Shown in pieces: positions 54,617 to 54,908 of a stretch of 54,908 nt of DNA. Below the pieces are notes generated by a model. The model did no database searches. It was not told the origin of the DNA and saw nothing but the letters and a program-made list of their open reading frames with translations. The DNA lies in the IMG/VR virus record IMGVR_UViG_3300015245_000530, positions 1-54,908 of that record. One strand, written 5' to 3'. Position numbers and translations under genes: made by a program. Origin of the DNA: a virus (lineage: Duplodnaviria; Caudoviricetes). Numbering within the stretch: the stretch's first letter is position 1; each line of letters begins with the position of its first letter.

Positions 54617-54908
54617 CCTGAGACTCCCGATCCGATGTTATCCACTACGGTGACCGGCGTCGTCGAGGTCCCGGCGTAAATGATGACTTTTGCAGTTCCG
54701 GCATTCGTTCCGCACACCGCCTCGAACTTGGCGAATCCCGCGCCGGGCGCCGATCCTGATGCGGTTATTTTAGGAAGACCAATCTCACCCGCAGCAAGCG
54801 TTGCACTCGCCGACGACCCGAGCAAGACCGTGGCGCCACCGCATGCTCCCGCATTGTCGTAGAGAACTTGTCCATTCGTGGCGCCGCATGCATTGACAAC
54901 GCCCGTTG
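54610..54908 (-). CDS. C-terminal part of a fibre-like Cys-containing protein (5'-truncated)
   Basis: Frame open to the window edge: ...ACGATNGQVLYDNAGACGG...GVSGC. Confidence 0.6.
   Translation of the reverse strand, partial: TGVVNACGATNGQVLYDNAGACGGATVLLGSSASATLAAGEIGLPKITASGSAPGAGFAKFEAVCGTNAGTAKVIIYAGTSTTPVTVVDNIGSGVSGC

Noticed and set aside
1-54908. tRNA, rRNA, integrase, cI repressor and terminase genes
   Set aside because: None recognised by eye. Terminase is expected beyond the right edge; a tRNAscan-SE run would be needed to exclude tRNAs.

Overview
Nearly all of this window (about 476-54908) is a long fragment of a high-GC tailed dsDNA phage with a non-contractile, GTA-like tail tip. 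Its likely host is an alphaproteobacterium (Rhizobiales-like), judged from the Omp25/RopB-type porin, the Cro-like protein and the DnaG-like N-terminus. Layout: (1) a leftward early block (476-4426) with Cro-like, RusA, PD-(D/E)XK nuclease, MT-A70 methylase and a truncated primase; (2) a repeat-rich divergent control region (4427-4886) with no cI or integrase; (3) a rightward early block (4887-21231) with AAA ATPase, RecE-like exonuclease, putative annealing protein, ExoX, ParB, Gp37/68 and many small ORFs; (4) a minus-strand late region (21185-54908) with, in transcription order, a cassette of secreted Cys-rich proteins, portal-MuF, protease/scaffold, capsid, neck, tail, three paralogous fibres and lysis genes. 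Terminase would lie beyond the right edge. The first ~475 bp encode the end of a thiolase plus the start of a second gene and join the phage inside its primase gene, which looks like a chimeric or illegitimate junction. The most unusual signals: a signal-peptide/disulfide protein cassette upstream of the portal, a di-heme oxidoreductase inside the tail operon, an unannotated 34-aa mini-gene copying the tail-tip N-terminus, a GIY-YIG gene that has captured and recoded the capsid 3' end, three GGGA-loop hairpins in the capsid leader, and an outer-membrane porin in the lysis cassette. All protein assignments come from motif recognition and gene order; no database search was run.
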